A DNA stretch of 61,890 nt, filler included. It is 8 parts of 8 records of this genome, joined end to end, with 100 filler letters (N's around TTAATTAATTAA, not from the genome) between each part and the next. Parts side by side here need not be neighbours in the genome. Positions count along the whole stretch, not along the records: positions 5,204 to 11,686 come from SRR31156797_21245; positions 11,787 to 19,070 come from SRR31156797_21251; positions 19,171 to 27,945 come from SRR31156797_21252; 5 more parts are not named here. The stretch is one strand, 5' to 3'. Positions 8,382 to 20,969 of the stretch are shown here, one piece after another. The notes beneath the pieces are model-generated. The model did no database searches and was not told the origin of the DNA. It saw only the letters and a program-made list of their open reading frames with translations. The position numbers and the translations under genes are program-made. Every line of letters starts with the position of its first letter. Within the stretch, counting starts at the first letter, position 1.

Positions 8382-11159
8382 ATGAAGAACAAAATTATAC
8401 TTCTGTTTATTTTAATTAATGTGCAGGCTTTTGCTCAGGAACCGGTTAAAAGGGTTTTGAGCATTGATGATTATGCTGATTGGAAGACTTTAAATAATCC
8501 ACAGATTTCGGATAACGGAAAATATATTTCGTATGAGGTTAATCCGCAAAAAGGCGATGGGAATCTGATTTTTTATAGCGATCAAAATGTCGATACCATT
8601 TCGCGCGGTTATTCTGCAAGATTTGGTTCAGAGAATAACGTTCTGGTTTTTAAAATTAAGCAACCAGAAAGTGTAATCCGAAAAGCCAAAAAAGATAAAG
8701 TAAAAAAGGATAAAATGCCGGCAGATAGTTTAGGTATTTACAATATAAAAGATAAAAGTGTTAATAAATTTCCAAACTTGAAATCCTTTAAAATTCCTGA
8801 AGAAAATGCCAGCTGGATAGCCTTTTTAGCTAAACCAGAAGAGGCACCAAAAGATACTTCGAAAAACAGTGAGGTTAAAAAAGGGAAAAAACAACCTGGA
8901 AATGATTTGATATTGTATGATATAAGTAATTCGGATACCATGATTGTTAAAAATGTAACCGAATATTTTTATGCAAAAAAAGGAAGTGCAGTTTATTTTA
9001 TTACTCAAAAAAAGGACTCGGTAAAAACGTATTCAAAACTCAATTTATTTAACACGGCCGATAAAACCATCGAAAATTTATATGCTACAGAAGGTTGGAT
9101 AAAAAAAATTACCTGCAATGAAGTAGGAGAGGATTATGCATTTCTGTATTCTCAGGACACGATAAAAGAAAAAAATTACAGCCTCTATTTAGGCGAAAAT
9201 AAACTGCAGCCCAAAAAGATTGTTGATGATTTTACTACCGGAATACCGGTGGGATGGTCTCCAAGCGAAAATGGGAGAATTTATTTTTCGGAAGATGGGA
9301 CAAAATTATTTTTAGGCACAGCAGAACTTGTTGAGCCGGCACAAAAAGACACCTTGCTCGATGAAGATAAGCCAAAATTGGATATCTGGAATTGGAAAGA
9401 TAAAAAATTACAACCTCAGCAATTAGTAGAAGCTTCGAAAGAAAAGAAAAGAAGTTTTCTGGCTGTTTATCATCTGGAACAAAATCGATTTGTTCAGCTG
9501 GCAGATGTAAATGTGCAACAGGTTTCTGCTATTCAAAAAGGAAATGGAGAAATCGGTCTGGGGTACGACGATTCTTCTTATTTACGGTCATCGAGCTGGA
9601 CAGGCGAACGAAACAGGGATTATTTTCTGGTTGATTTTATGTCGGGGATAAAAAGAAATATTTTAAACAAAAAAAGTTATGCAAGACTGTCTCCACAAGG
9701 AAAATATATTATTTGGTGGGAGCCTTCCGACAGTAGTTTTTATTCAAAATCGACAAATGTTAAAGAATCAGAAACTGTTTCGCTAACTAAAATAATTCCG
9801 GTTGCATTTTATGATGAATTAAACGACCGGCCAACAAATCCAAGTCCATATGGAATTGCAGGTTGGAGCCCGGACGACAGGTATGTTTTTATTTACGACC
9901 GATATGATATTTGGAAAATGGATGCTTCCGGAGAACGTGTGCCGGTTTGTATAACAAAAGCTTTTGGAAGACGAAATGATACACGTTTACGGTATTTAAA
10001 ACTTGATAACGAACTGGAATATATTCCGACAAATGAAGAAGTTTTACTAAGTGCGGTAAATGAAAAAACAATGTCGAGAGGATATTTTAGCATGCAGTTT
10101 AATACTATTAAAGATCCTCAGTTGTTGGTTATGGGAAATGTAATATATAATCAACTCAAAAAAGCAAAAAATGCCGAACGGTTGATTTTCACAAAAGAAG
10201 ATGTTTCTAAATTTCCTGATTTATGGAGAGGGAATTTGGAGTTCAGGTATCTTAAAAAAATATCAGAAGTAAATCCGCAACAAAAAACTTTTATTTGGCC
10301 AACTGTTGAATTGGTTTCATGGAACTCTTTTTCAGGAGAAGAATTAAAAGGATTGCTGTATAAACCGGAAAATCTGGATCCAAATAAAAAATATCCGATG
10401 GTGGTTTATTTTTATGAACGTAATTCGGAACTATTAAACCGTTACCAGCAACCGGCTCCCAGTCGTTCAACTATAAATAAAGCTTTTTATACAAGCAACG
10501 GATATTTGGTCTTTGTTCCAGATATAACCTATAAAAATGGATACCCCGGACAAAGCGCATACAATGCAATTGTTAGCGGAACGCAGTATTTAATTAATAA
10601 TTTCAGTTTCGTCGATAAAAATAAAATCGGTTTACAAGGACAAAGTTGGGGAGGCTACCAAACTGCATATCTGATAACACAAACCGATATGTATGCAGCA
10701 GCAATGGCCGGAGCACCTGTAAGTAACATGACAAGCGCATACGGTGGTATTCGATGGCAATCAGGAATGAGCCGAATGTTTCAGTACGAACATACACAAA
10801 GCCGGATTGGAGGAACGCTTTGGGAGAAACCATTGCAATATTTAGAAAATTCTCCTGTGTTTTATGCACCAAAAATAAATACACCATTGCTAATGATGCA
10901 CAACGATAATGATGGTGCGGTTCCGTGGTACCAGGGAATTGAGATGTTTGTTGCTTTACGAAGGTTGGATAAACCAGCCTGGCTGCTTACTTATAACGGC
11001 GAACCACATAATCTGAAAGCTTCGAGTTGGGCAAACCGTATAGATTTAAGCAAAAGGATGTTTCAGTTTTTTAATCATTATTTAAAAGGAGAGCCTGCTC
11101 CAGTTTGGATAGAAAAGGGTGTGCCTGCAATAGAAAAAGGCGAAACACTGGGATACTAG
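8382..11159 (+). CDS. Secreted S9 prolyl oligopeptidase-family serine peptidase
   Basis: Signal peptide, long propeller region, GQSWGG nucleophile, NDNDGAV Asp, GEPHNL His. Confidence 0.92.
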   Translation: MKNKIILLFILINVQAFAQEPVKRVLSIDDYADWKTLNNPQISDNGKYISYEVNPQKGDGNLIFYSDQNVDTISRGYSARFGSENNVLVFKIKQPESVIRKAKKDKVKKDKMPADSLGIYNIKDKSVNKFPNLKSFKIPEENASWIAFLAKPEEAPKDTSKNSEVKKGKKQPGNDLILYDISNSDTMIVKNVTEYFYAKKGSAVYFITQKKDSVKTYSKLNLFNTADKTIENLYATEGWIKKITCNEVGEDYAFLYSQDTIKEKNYSLYLGENKLQPKKIVDDFTTGIPVGWSPSENGRIYFSEDGTKLFLGTAELVEPAQKDTLLDEDKPKLDIWNWKDKKLQPQQLVEASKEKKRSFLAVYHLEQNRFVQLADVNVQQVSAIQKGNGEIGLGYDDSSYLRSSSWTGERNRDYFLVDFMSGIKRNILNKKSYARLSPQGKYIIWWEPSDSSFYSKSTNVKESETVSLTKIIPVAFYDELNDRPTNPSPYGIAGWSPDDRYVFIYDRYDIWKMDASGERVPVCITKAFGRRNDTRLRYLKLDNELEYIPTNEEVLLSAVNEKTMSRGYFSMQFNTIKDPQLLVMGNVIYNQLKKAKNAERLIFTKEDVSKFPDLWRGNLEFRYLKKISEVNPQQKTFIWPTVELVSWNSFSGEELKGLLYKPENLDPNKKYPMVVYFYERNSELLNRYQQPAPSRSTINKAFYTSNGYLVFVPDITYKNGYPGQSAYNAIVSGTQYLINNFSFVDKNKIGLQGQSWGGYQTAYLITQTDMYAAAMAGAPVSNMTSAYGGIRWQSGMSRMFQYEHTQSRIGGTLWEKPLQYLENSPVFYAPKINTPLLMMHNDNDGAVPWYQGIEMFVALRRLDKPAWLLTYNGEPHNLKASSWANRIDLSKRMFQFFNHYLKGEPAPVWIEKGVPAIEKGETLGY

Positions 11160-11257
11160 TAGTTGCTTTAAACGATTTCTGAATCCGTATGTTTATTGTT
11201 CCTTCTTCCTTGGTATTTAATCTTTATATCAGGTGCTTAGCACATGCAAAATAATGT

Positions 11258-11284
11258 TTGTCGTTGAATTTAAGCTGCTTGTCG
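11258..11284 (+). promoter_or_regulatory. Direct repeat TTGTCG at 21-bp spacing, LytTR-type operator candidate
   Basis: TTGTCG at 11258 and 11279, upstream of the DUF4252-like gene. Confidence 0.4.
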
Positions 11285-11374
11285 AAAAGAGTGGATATTA
11301 ATACTTAATTATTTCATCTTTGAAGTAACGAAAAAGATAATCAAACGTCTTAACGTAAATTAATACTCAAAGTC

Positions 11375-11686
11375 ATGAAAAAAATTGTATTCATTTTCAT
11401 AGCAACTCTTTTTCTTTTTTCCTCTTGTAGTTACGATCGTGGTGTTTCAGAAGCATTTATGAAGTATCGTTTTAAAGACGGTGTAACAACTATAACTGTT
11501 CCAGGGTGGGTAATTGGAATGGCATCGCGATTTGCTGATTTAGACAAGGAAGAACGTGAAATCCTTCAAAGCATTGATAAAGTAAGGGTGTTGGCAGTAG
11601 AAGATAATGACCTGAATGCAAAAATTGATCTTCATGAAGAGTTTTATAAACACATCAATAAAAATCGCGATTACGAAGAATTACTG
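11375..11686 (+). CDS. DUF4252-like lipoprotein, 3'-truncated
   Basis: Lipobox FSSC; KY..KDGVTTITVP, LQSIDKVRVL, YEELL pattern. Confidence 0.7.
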
Positions 11687-11786
11687 NNNNNNNNNNNNNN
11701 NNNNNNNNNNNNNNNNNNNNNNNNNNNNNNTTAATTAATTAANNNNNNNNNNNNNNNNNNNNNNNNNNNNNNNNNNNNNNNNNNNN
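11687..11786. other. Artificial contig linker
   Basis: N44-TTAATTAATTAA-N44. Confidence 0.99.
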
Positions 11787-11900
11787 CTGGCTCTTGGGGA
11801 TGGCGACATTTTTCATAAACCCAAAAATGTCAACAAACTGAAGGCGGAAAAAATTTACATTTTTTTCCTCAATAATTTTCATTATCTCATCGCGGGTCAT
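11787..11900 (-). CDS. glnA: Type I glutamine synthetase, first 38 codons (absent from ORF track)
   Basis: Hand translation [47 protein letters not shown]; lies downstream of glnD. Confidence 0.88.
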
Positions 11901-11983
11901 AATTCTTCTCCTTAAATTTAGAGTAAGTAATCAATTATATCCAGAAAACACTGGATTTTTCCTATATATTTAAACCAGCAGCT

Positions 11984-14928
<2,945 letters not shown>

Positions 14929-14976
14929 TTACAACAGGTTATTAACGCCTCACCAAACATATATTATACATAGGAT

Positions 14977-16197
14977 TTAATTATATGCAGTTTCTGAGTG
15001 TTCCGTAAAATCCAGCCCTTGTGTTTCCGCTTCTTCGCTCACGCGGAGCCCGATAAATACGTCAACCACCTTTAACACCACCCAACTTACAGCGAAAGCG
15101 TACCCGCAGACAACCACAATACCTAACATTTGAATAAAGAGCTGGGTGACAGAACCTGCGATAAGTCCGTTAACTCCGCCAGGATTCACAGAGGTGGAAG
15201 CAAATACTCCCAACAATAAAGTTCCGGTAATTCCTCCAACCCCATGAATACCAACCACATCAAGAGAATCGTCAAATTTCATTTTGGCCTTAAAATTGAC
15301 TGCATAATAGCAGATTGCGCCTGCAATCAATCCTATAATAATAGCACTATTGGGACCAACAAAACCTGCTGCAGGGGTAATAGTTGCCAGCCCTGATATA
15401 GCGCCGGAAGCAGCACCAAGTGTGGTTGGCTTCCCCAGCTTCAACCACTCCATAACGGTCCACATCGCCATACCTGCCATGCCTGCCAGATGGGTTGCAA
15501 CAAAGGCAGTGGCTGCCACTCCATCTGCCGCAAGAGCACTCCCACCGTTAAACCCAAACCAGCCAAACCAAAGCAAACCCGTGCCAAGCATAGTCATTGG
15601 CAGACTGTGGGGCATAAAGTGAGTATGACCATGCCCTTTTCGAGGCCCAATAATCATAACGGCTGCCAAAGCTGCCATACCACAGGTTGCATGTACAACC
15701 AGGCCACCAGCAAAATCAAGAACTCCGATTTTGCCTAACCAACCACCACTGCCCCAAATCCAGTGACAAACTGGGTTATACACACAAACTGCCCACAGCA
15801 CGCTAAAGACAGCAAAAGGAGCAAAGCGAACGCGCTCTGCAAATGCACCGGTAATCAGCGCTGGCGTGATCACTGCAAACATGCACTGATAAATCATAAA
15901 GACTGTCTGCGGAATGGTTGTTGCGTACTCACTACTTGGTGCATTGGTGACACCTTTAAGCGCAAAGTAGGAAAAATCACCTATGACCCCCCCCACATCT
16001 GGCCCAAAAGACATCGTATAACCTATATACACCCACTCCAAAGAGATAATTGAAATCATGATTAGGCTCTGCATTATGGTGGCTAAGACATTTTCACTTC
16101 TCACCATTCCCGCATAAAACAAGGCAAGCCCTGGAGTCATCAGCAAAACCAAACCAGCAGCAGCCAGAATAAAAGCCGTATCTGCAGCGTTAATCAT
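14977..16197 (-). CDS. amtB: Ammonium transporter
   Basis: LMTPGLALFY, DFAGGLVVH, WFGWFGFNGGS, FDDSLDVVGIHG twin-His motifs. Confidence 0.96.
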   Translation of the reverse strand: MINAADTAFILAAAGLVLLMTPGLALFYAGMVRSENVLATIMQSLIMISIISLEWVYIGYTMSFGPDVGGVIGDFSYFALKGVTNAPSSEYATTIPQTVFMIYQCMFAVITPALITGAFAERVRFAPFAVFSVLWAVCVYNPVCHWIWGSGGWLGKIGVLDFAGGLVVHATCGMAALAAVMIIGPRKGHGHTHFMPHSLPMTMLGTGLLWFGWFGFNGGSALAADGVAATAFVATHLAGMAGMAMWTVMEWLKLGKPTTLGAASGAISGLATITPAAGFVGPNSAIIIGLIAGAICYYAVNFKAKMKFDDSLDVVGIHGVGGITGTLLLGVFASTSVNPGGVNGLIAGSVTQLFIQMLGIVVVCGYAFAVSWVVLKVVDVFIGLRVSEEAETQGLDFTEHSETAYN

Positions 16198-16438
16198 TAC
16201 TCCCCCTTAACAAATTTAAACAAACTTGTAATTTATTTTTTACTCTTCCACACAATCCAGACCAACTTCCCACCTCGCCCCTCCTCCGAAGGACCCAAAG
16301 AAAAGACTCACAACATACTGAAAAAATGACTAAAAAAATAAAAGCAGCCTCTTGCCTATTAAACTCAAGACCTTCGCAGAGAGCACCCCACAACACACAC
16401 CCCCTGCAATTTCCCCCTGCAACTGCTTTCCCATTATA

Positions 16439-16455
16439 TCCAAACAGTATGCCAG
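16439..16455 (-). promoter_or_regulatory. Sigma-54-like -24/-12 promoter candidate for the amtB operon
   Basis: Minus strand CTGGCATACTGTTTGGA versus consensus YTGGCACGNNNNTTGCW (C at -12 is G); a TATAAT follows immediately, so sigma-70 use is possible. Confidence 0.45.
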
Positions 16456-16531
16456 CCGAAAAAATATACACAACGCGCTGTATTTACATGACAATAAGAA
16501 AAGAATAGATACAGACAGCCATTTCAAAAAA

Positions 16532-16574
16532 ATACATTATTGTACTACAACAGGGAAAAGCATACATTATTGTA
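16532..16574. promoter_or_regulatory. Two identical 13-bp sites with a palindromic TACA-N4-TGTA core, candidate enhancer-binding-protein sites
   Basis: ATACATTATTGTA at 16532-16544 and 16562-16574, 30 bp apart. Confidence 0.6.
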
Positions 16575-16749
16575 ACAAAAGGGCATACTTTACAAAAGAA
16601 CAAGAGAGAAGCTCTCTCTTTTTAGGACTGGAAAAAAAAAAGGATATTTATTATCGTTAAATTAGTAGTTTGGTGAATTACCAGAGACATGACAGGAGGA
16701 ACAAACTACAGCCAAGTACCCCTGACTGTTTACAGCCACATTTTCACGA

Positions 16750-16930
16750 AGGAACTGCCCGCAAACAAGGTGGACAATATCGAGATCATATTCAGGTTAG
16801 ATTCGGGTGATCTCGTTGAACAACGCTGCAGGCGCAGTTGTGCTGCTTTAAGGACTTTGTGATTGAGGCTCAACCTAAGATGACCTGAAGATGCGATGCG
16901 AGATGTTCAAATTATTCCTGGGCACCTCCT
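16750..16930. repeat. About 180-bp palindromic element with long imperfect inverted arms (MITE/REP-like)
   Basis: Left arm AGGAACTGCCC..ACAATATCG..CATATTCAGGT matches the reverse complement of the right arm AGGAGGTGCCC..ACATCTCG..CATCTTCAGGT. Confidence 0.5.
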
Positions 16931-16962
16931 AAGGCTAACCACACACCAAAAAGGCACGCTTC

Positions 16963-17352
16963 ATGAGTAGCGAACGAAGACATTACACAAGACCGGAATC
17001 ATTGAACCTACTCGACTACCTTGTGGTTGACCAACAGGGTCGCCAAGGAGATTACTCCATGGCCCGCACACTCAATGTCAGCGAAGGCGGAATACTCATG
17101 GAAACCCATATTCCATTGCCTCAAGGACAGCAGGTCATGATCACATTGGGCCTCGGAGACAACCTGGTGAATATTATGGGCCGAATCATATACACGACAT
17201 TTGATTCAGACCGGCACCAGAACGGGATTGAATTTTTCCATGTTGCAGAAAACGATCGCGCCATACTTCATGAATACGTGCACGCCTTTCATCAACATTA
17301 CAAGGATTCCCAACAACAAATCCTTGAGACTGAAGACGGCGTTACCAACTGA
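16963..17352 (+). CDS. Stand-alone PilZ domain protein (c-di-GMP receptor)
   Basis: RRHYTR (RxxxR) and NVSEGG ([D/N]xSxxG) motifs, GIEF. Confidence 0.85.
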   Translation: MSSERRHYTRPESLNLLDYLVVDQQGRQGDYSMARTLNVSEGGILMETHIPLPQGQQVMITLGLGDNLVNIMGRIIYTTFDSDRHQNGIEFFHVAENDRAILHEYVHAFHQHYKDSQQQILETEDGVTN

Positions 17353-17483
17353 GCACACACCCCTTGCCGCTCTTATCGGTAACGCCTTCTTTCCAGGCAA
17401 ACACAGGCCAATAAGACAGCAAGTAAAAATACGCTGTGCAGATTGCCCCTAAATTTTGGCTGTTTTTACCTGATGCCTGCTCA

Positions 17484-18893
17484 CTAGGTTTCCTGGCGCC
17501 CATACACGTCGTCAAACCTTACAATATCATCTTCACCAAGATAACTGCCCACCTGCACTTCAATGAGCTCCAGGGGAATAACTCCAGGGTTTTCCAACCG
17601 ATGCTTAGTACCACTGGGTATATAGGTAGATTGATCCTCCTGCAGCAGAATAGACTCTTCACCATTCACGACCCTTGCCGTTCCAGATACAACAACCCAG
17701 TGCTCATGACGATGATGGTGCATCTGCAAAGAAAGCTTTGCCCCCGGGTTAACAGTAATGCGCTTGATCTGGAACCTGTCCTGCATCTCTAAAGTGGTAT
17801 AAGAGCCCCATGGACGATAAACGGTTTTATGAATATGAAATTCGTCCCGTTTCTCCTTTTTCAATCGATCGACAATCTTTTTAACATCCTGCGATCGGTC
17901 CATAGGAGCAACAAGAACTGCGTCAGCCGTTTCAATTACCATGGTGTCTCTGACCCCCACGGCGGCCACCAAGGTATGCTCAGATCGTACCAATGAATTT
18001 TCCACATCTTCAAGAATAACATCGCCGCTGGCAACATTGCCCTGCCCATCTTTTCCAGCAACCTCCCACAGAGCACGCCAAGAGCCGATATCACTCCACC
18101 CTATGTCAGCTTTCACCACTGCTGCATTACGGGTTTTTTCCATTAGAGCATAATCAATCGAGTCAGCTGGACAGTCAGCCATGATCTTTTTATCAAATCG
18201 AAAAAAAACGCCATCAAACTTGCCTTCGGACACGGCACCTTCCATGCACGTAACAACGTCGCCTGCGTACTGACCCATCTCCTCAAGAAGTGTTTGTATG
18301 GTAAAGGCAAACATACCACTGTTCCACAGATAGTTACCTTTGGCTATATACTCCTCGGCCTTAGCAAAATCTGGTTTTTCAACAAACCGTTCAACCTGTG
18401 CCCCCTGGCCTTGAGCAATATAACCATACCCGGTTTCAGGATGATCAGGCACAATACCAAATGTAACAAGCTTGCCCTGCTCAGCAAGTTCCACGGCCTT
18501 CTCTACTGCCTCGATAAAGGCCTCCTGCTTGGTAACGAGATGATCTGCAGGAAGAACCAAAAGAACATCATCCGTTTTGCCCTTTCTGGCGACAAACTGC
18601 GCCGCCCCACATATAGCCGGAGCTGTATTCTTACCAACAGGTTCCAGTAAAACATGGAACTCCGGAAAAATAACCAGCTCTTCAACCTGAGTCTTGGTCA
18701 TAAAACGGTGCTCCTCACCCACGACCACAACTGGCGGCAAAGCGCCGGAAATTTCCCCTACCCTTTTGAGGGTAGTCTGCAGAAGCGACAGATCTCCGGT
18801 AAGATTAATAACCTGCTTTGGGTATAACTCTCGAGACAAAGGCCACAGCCTGGAGCCTGTACCCCCGGCAAGAATAACGGGTTGAATAGCCAC
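17484..18893 (-). CDS. manC: Mannose-1-phosphate guanylyltransferase / mannose-6-phosphate isomerase
   Basis: ILAGGTGSRLWPLSR, EPVGKNTAPA, FVEKP, WSDIGSW, C-terminal cupin RPWG..LSLQMHHHR. Confidence 0.96.
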   Translation of the reverse strand: MAIQPVILAGGTGSRLWPLSRELYPKQVINLTGDLSLLQTTLKRVGEISGALPPVVVVGEEHRFMTKTQVEELVIFPEFHVLLEPVGKNTAPAICGAAQFVARKGKTDDVLLVLPADHLVTKQEAFIEAVEKAVELAEQGKLVTFGIVPDHPETGYGYIAQGQGAQVERFVEKPDFAKAEEYIAKGNYLWNSGMFAFTIQTLLEEMGQYAGDVVTCMEGAVSEGKFDGVFFRFDKKIMADCPADSIDYALMEKTRNAAVVKADIGWSDIGSWRALWEVAGKDGQGNVASGDVILEDVENSLVRSEHTLVAAVGVRDTMVIETADAVLVAPMDRSQDVKKIVDRLKKEKRDEFHIHKTVYRPWGSYTTLEMQDRFQIKRITVNPGAKLSLQMHHHRHEHWVVVSGTARVVNGEESILLQEDQSTYIPSGTKHRLENPGVIPLELIEVQVGSYLGEDDIVRFDDVYGRQET

Positions 18894-19070
18894 AACGCAC
18901 CTCTAATATTTTTTATGGGTATCCTGAAAAATTAGAAAATTCGTTCAAATTCAAGACGAATTAGCAACTTTCCAAGGCAACCTTGTTTTAATGTAACCAC
19001 TTATGGGTAAGCGACTTGGGTCTTCAAATTCCTGTATCTGTAACTGCTTGCAGGGTGCCGGGGATTTTCG

Positions 19071-19170
19071 NNNNNNNNNNNNNNNNNNNNNNNNNNNNNN
19101 NNNNNNNNNNNNNNTTAATTAATTAANNNNNNNNNNNNNNNNNNNNNNNNNNNNNNNNNNNNNNNNNNNN
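19071..19170. other. Artificial contig linker
   Basis: N44-TTAATTAATTAA-N44. Confidence 0.99.
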
Positions 19171-19296
19171 AACTTAAGTACAGAGTTTGGAAAGAGAGGT
19201 ACAAAAGAGCATAATCTGGTACTGGAAAAATATGCTAAAATAAACTTAAGTTTTAACCTGCATGACTTTTGGTTTATGCAACGAAAAATTGATTAA
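19171..19296 (+). CDS. C-terminal fragment of a Bacteroidota outer-membrane beta-barrel protein
   Basis: Hand translation NLSTEFGKRGTKEHNLVLEKYAKINLSFNLHDFWFMQRKID*; the usual gene upstream of TPR-lptC in this phylum. Confidence 0.65.
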   Translation, partial: NLSTEFGKRGTKEHNLVLEKYAKINLSFNLHDFWFMQRKID

Positions 19297-19325
19297 CAGA
19301 AAAGGAAAAACAAATAAAACTCATT

Positions 19326-20969
19326 ATGAAAGCTATTTTACGCATAACACTACTAATGACTTCAATTGTAATTATCGGCGTTACAATTGCACAGGGTCAG
19401 CGTGTAATCAAAGGAACTGTATACATGGATGGAAAGCCGGGGGCTGGTATTAATGTTGAAGCTCATAAAGGTGGAACAATGATGACCAGTTTCGATGGGA
19501 AATACGAAGTTGAAGCCGATGCAAAAACCAAATACATCAGATTTACTTTTATCGATGAATCGAAAAAGCTATCAATCGAAGGCCAATCAGGAGATGTTTT
19601 CGATTTTGCATTTACAGGAGAACTACCTACAGGTACAGAAGGAGATGAAGCAGCCGGAGATGTAAATCTTAAGTCGTTAAAGCAATTGATGGAAGACCAG
19701 GATCGGGACTTTATGAACGAACTCTCGTTGTACACTGAATTCTACAAACAAAAAGATTATAAATCGGCTGTTCCTCACTGGAAGAAATTATACAACCAGT
19801 ATCCGGCATCAACACCAAACCTATATATTCATGGTGGTAAAATATTTGAGAATATGTTGGAGCAGGCAAAAACCGATGAGGAGCGTGACAAGATCATTGA
19901 CGAATACATGAAACTTTACGACAAACGTATTAAGCACTTTGGAAACAAAGGTTACGTTTTAGGACGTAAAGGAACTGCCTGGTTAAAATACAAGCTGAAC
20001 CAAAACAGGGAACATAGTCCTGAAGGAGAAACATTAAAAGCAATACATAAATCGGGTTACGAGTGGTTATCTGAATCAATCACTGAACAAGGTGACCAAA
20101 CTGAACCACCGGTTCTTGTTCTTTTTATGCAAACAACCGTTGCCTTATTTAAATTAGGAGAACTACCTAAAGAACAAGTTGTAAAGAATTACGAAAAAGC
20201 ATCAGAAATAGCTAATGGTATTGTTACTGCAAACGAAAACGAAGATAAAGTTAAACAAACACAAGAACAGGTTATCCCATATATTGAGAACATCTTCGGT
20301 AAATCTGGTGCAGCCGACTGCGAAGCCTTGGTAAATATTTATTCGCCACAATACCAGGAAAACATTAACGATGTTGATTTTATTAAATCGATGTTACGTC
20401 GTTTAGGTCGTGCCGGTTGTACCGAAAGCGAACTTTTCTCGCAAGGAACAGAAAAACTATACGAACTTGAACCTTCTGCTGAAGCTGCATTTAATATGGC
20501 CCGTCGTTACTTGAAAAAAGACGACATGGAGAAAGCCAGAGAGTACTATCAAATGGCCATTGAACAGGAAACTGATAACGAACTTTTGGCAAGCTATTAT
20601 TATGAAAGAGGTTTATTACGTTACGCTCGTTTAAATAATCTTTCTGGTGCCCGCGAAGATGCAAGAAAAGCTCTTTCTTTAAAATCTGACTACTGCGATG
20701 CATACATGTTAATTGGTGATATTTATGTTGCTGCAAGTCGTTCGTTCCAGGGATCTGACTTAGAAAAATCTGCAGTATCCTGGGTAGCTTGCGACTATTT
20801 TGCAAAAGCACGCCGTTATGAAGATTGTTCAATTGATGCCGCCAAAAAAATCTCTGACTATAAAAAATACTTTCCGAACAAAGAGGAAGCTTTTATGGAA
20901 GGATTACAAGCCGGTTCGTCTTACAAAGTTGAAGGCTGGATAAATGAAACGACTAAAGTTCGATTCTAA
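19326..20969 (+). CDS. Secreted TPR protein with N-terminal carboxypeptidase-regulatory-like domain
   Basis: Signal peptide; IKGTVY..GKP..TSFDGKY beta domain; helical repeats; C-terminal YFP..EEAF..V.GWINETT. Confidence 0.8.
   Translation: MKAILRITLLMTSIVIIGVTIAQGQRVIKGTVYMDGKPGAGINVEAHKGGTMMTSFDGKYEVEADAKTKYIRFTFIDESKKLSIEGQSGDVFDFAFTGELPTGTEGDEAAGDVNLKSLKQLMEDQDRDFMNELSLYTEFYKQKDYKSAVPHWKKLYNQYPASTPNLYIHGGKIFENMLEQAKTDEERDKIIDEYMKLYDKRIKHFGNKGYVLGRKGTAWLKYKLNQNREHSPEGETLKAIHKSGYEWLSESITEQGDQTEPPVLVLFMQTTVALFKLGELPKEQVVKNYEKASEIANGIVTANENEDKVKQTQEQVIPYIENIFGKSGAADCEALVNIYSPQYQENINDVDFIKSMLRRLGRAGCTESELFSQGTEKLYELEPSAEAAFNMARRYLKKDDMEKAREYYQMAIEQETDNELLASYYYERGLLRYARLNNLSGAREDARKALSLKSDYCDAYMLIGDIYVAASRSFQGSDLEKSAVSWVACDYFAKARRYEDCSIDAAKKISDYKKYFPNKEEAFMEGLQAGSSYKVEGWINETTKVRF

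Noticed and set aside
16190-16660. Four short ORFs upstream of amtB
   Set aside because: Mutually overlapping, no motifs, and they cover the promoter/enhancer region.
17363-17423. Imperfect inverted repeat between PilZ and manC as an ncRNA
   Set aside because: Adequately explained as a terminator-like structure between convergent genes; no further support.
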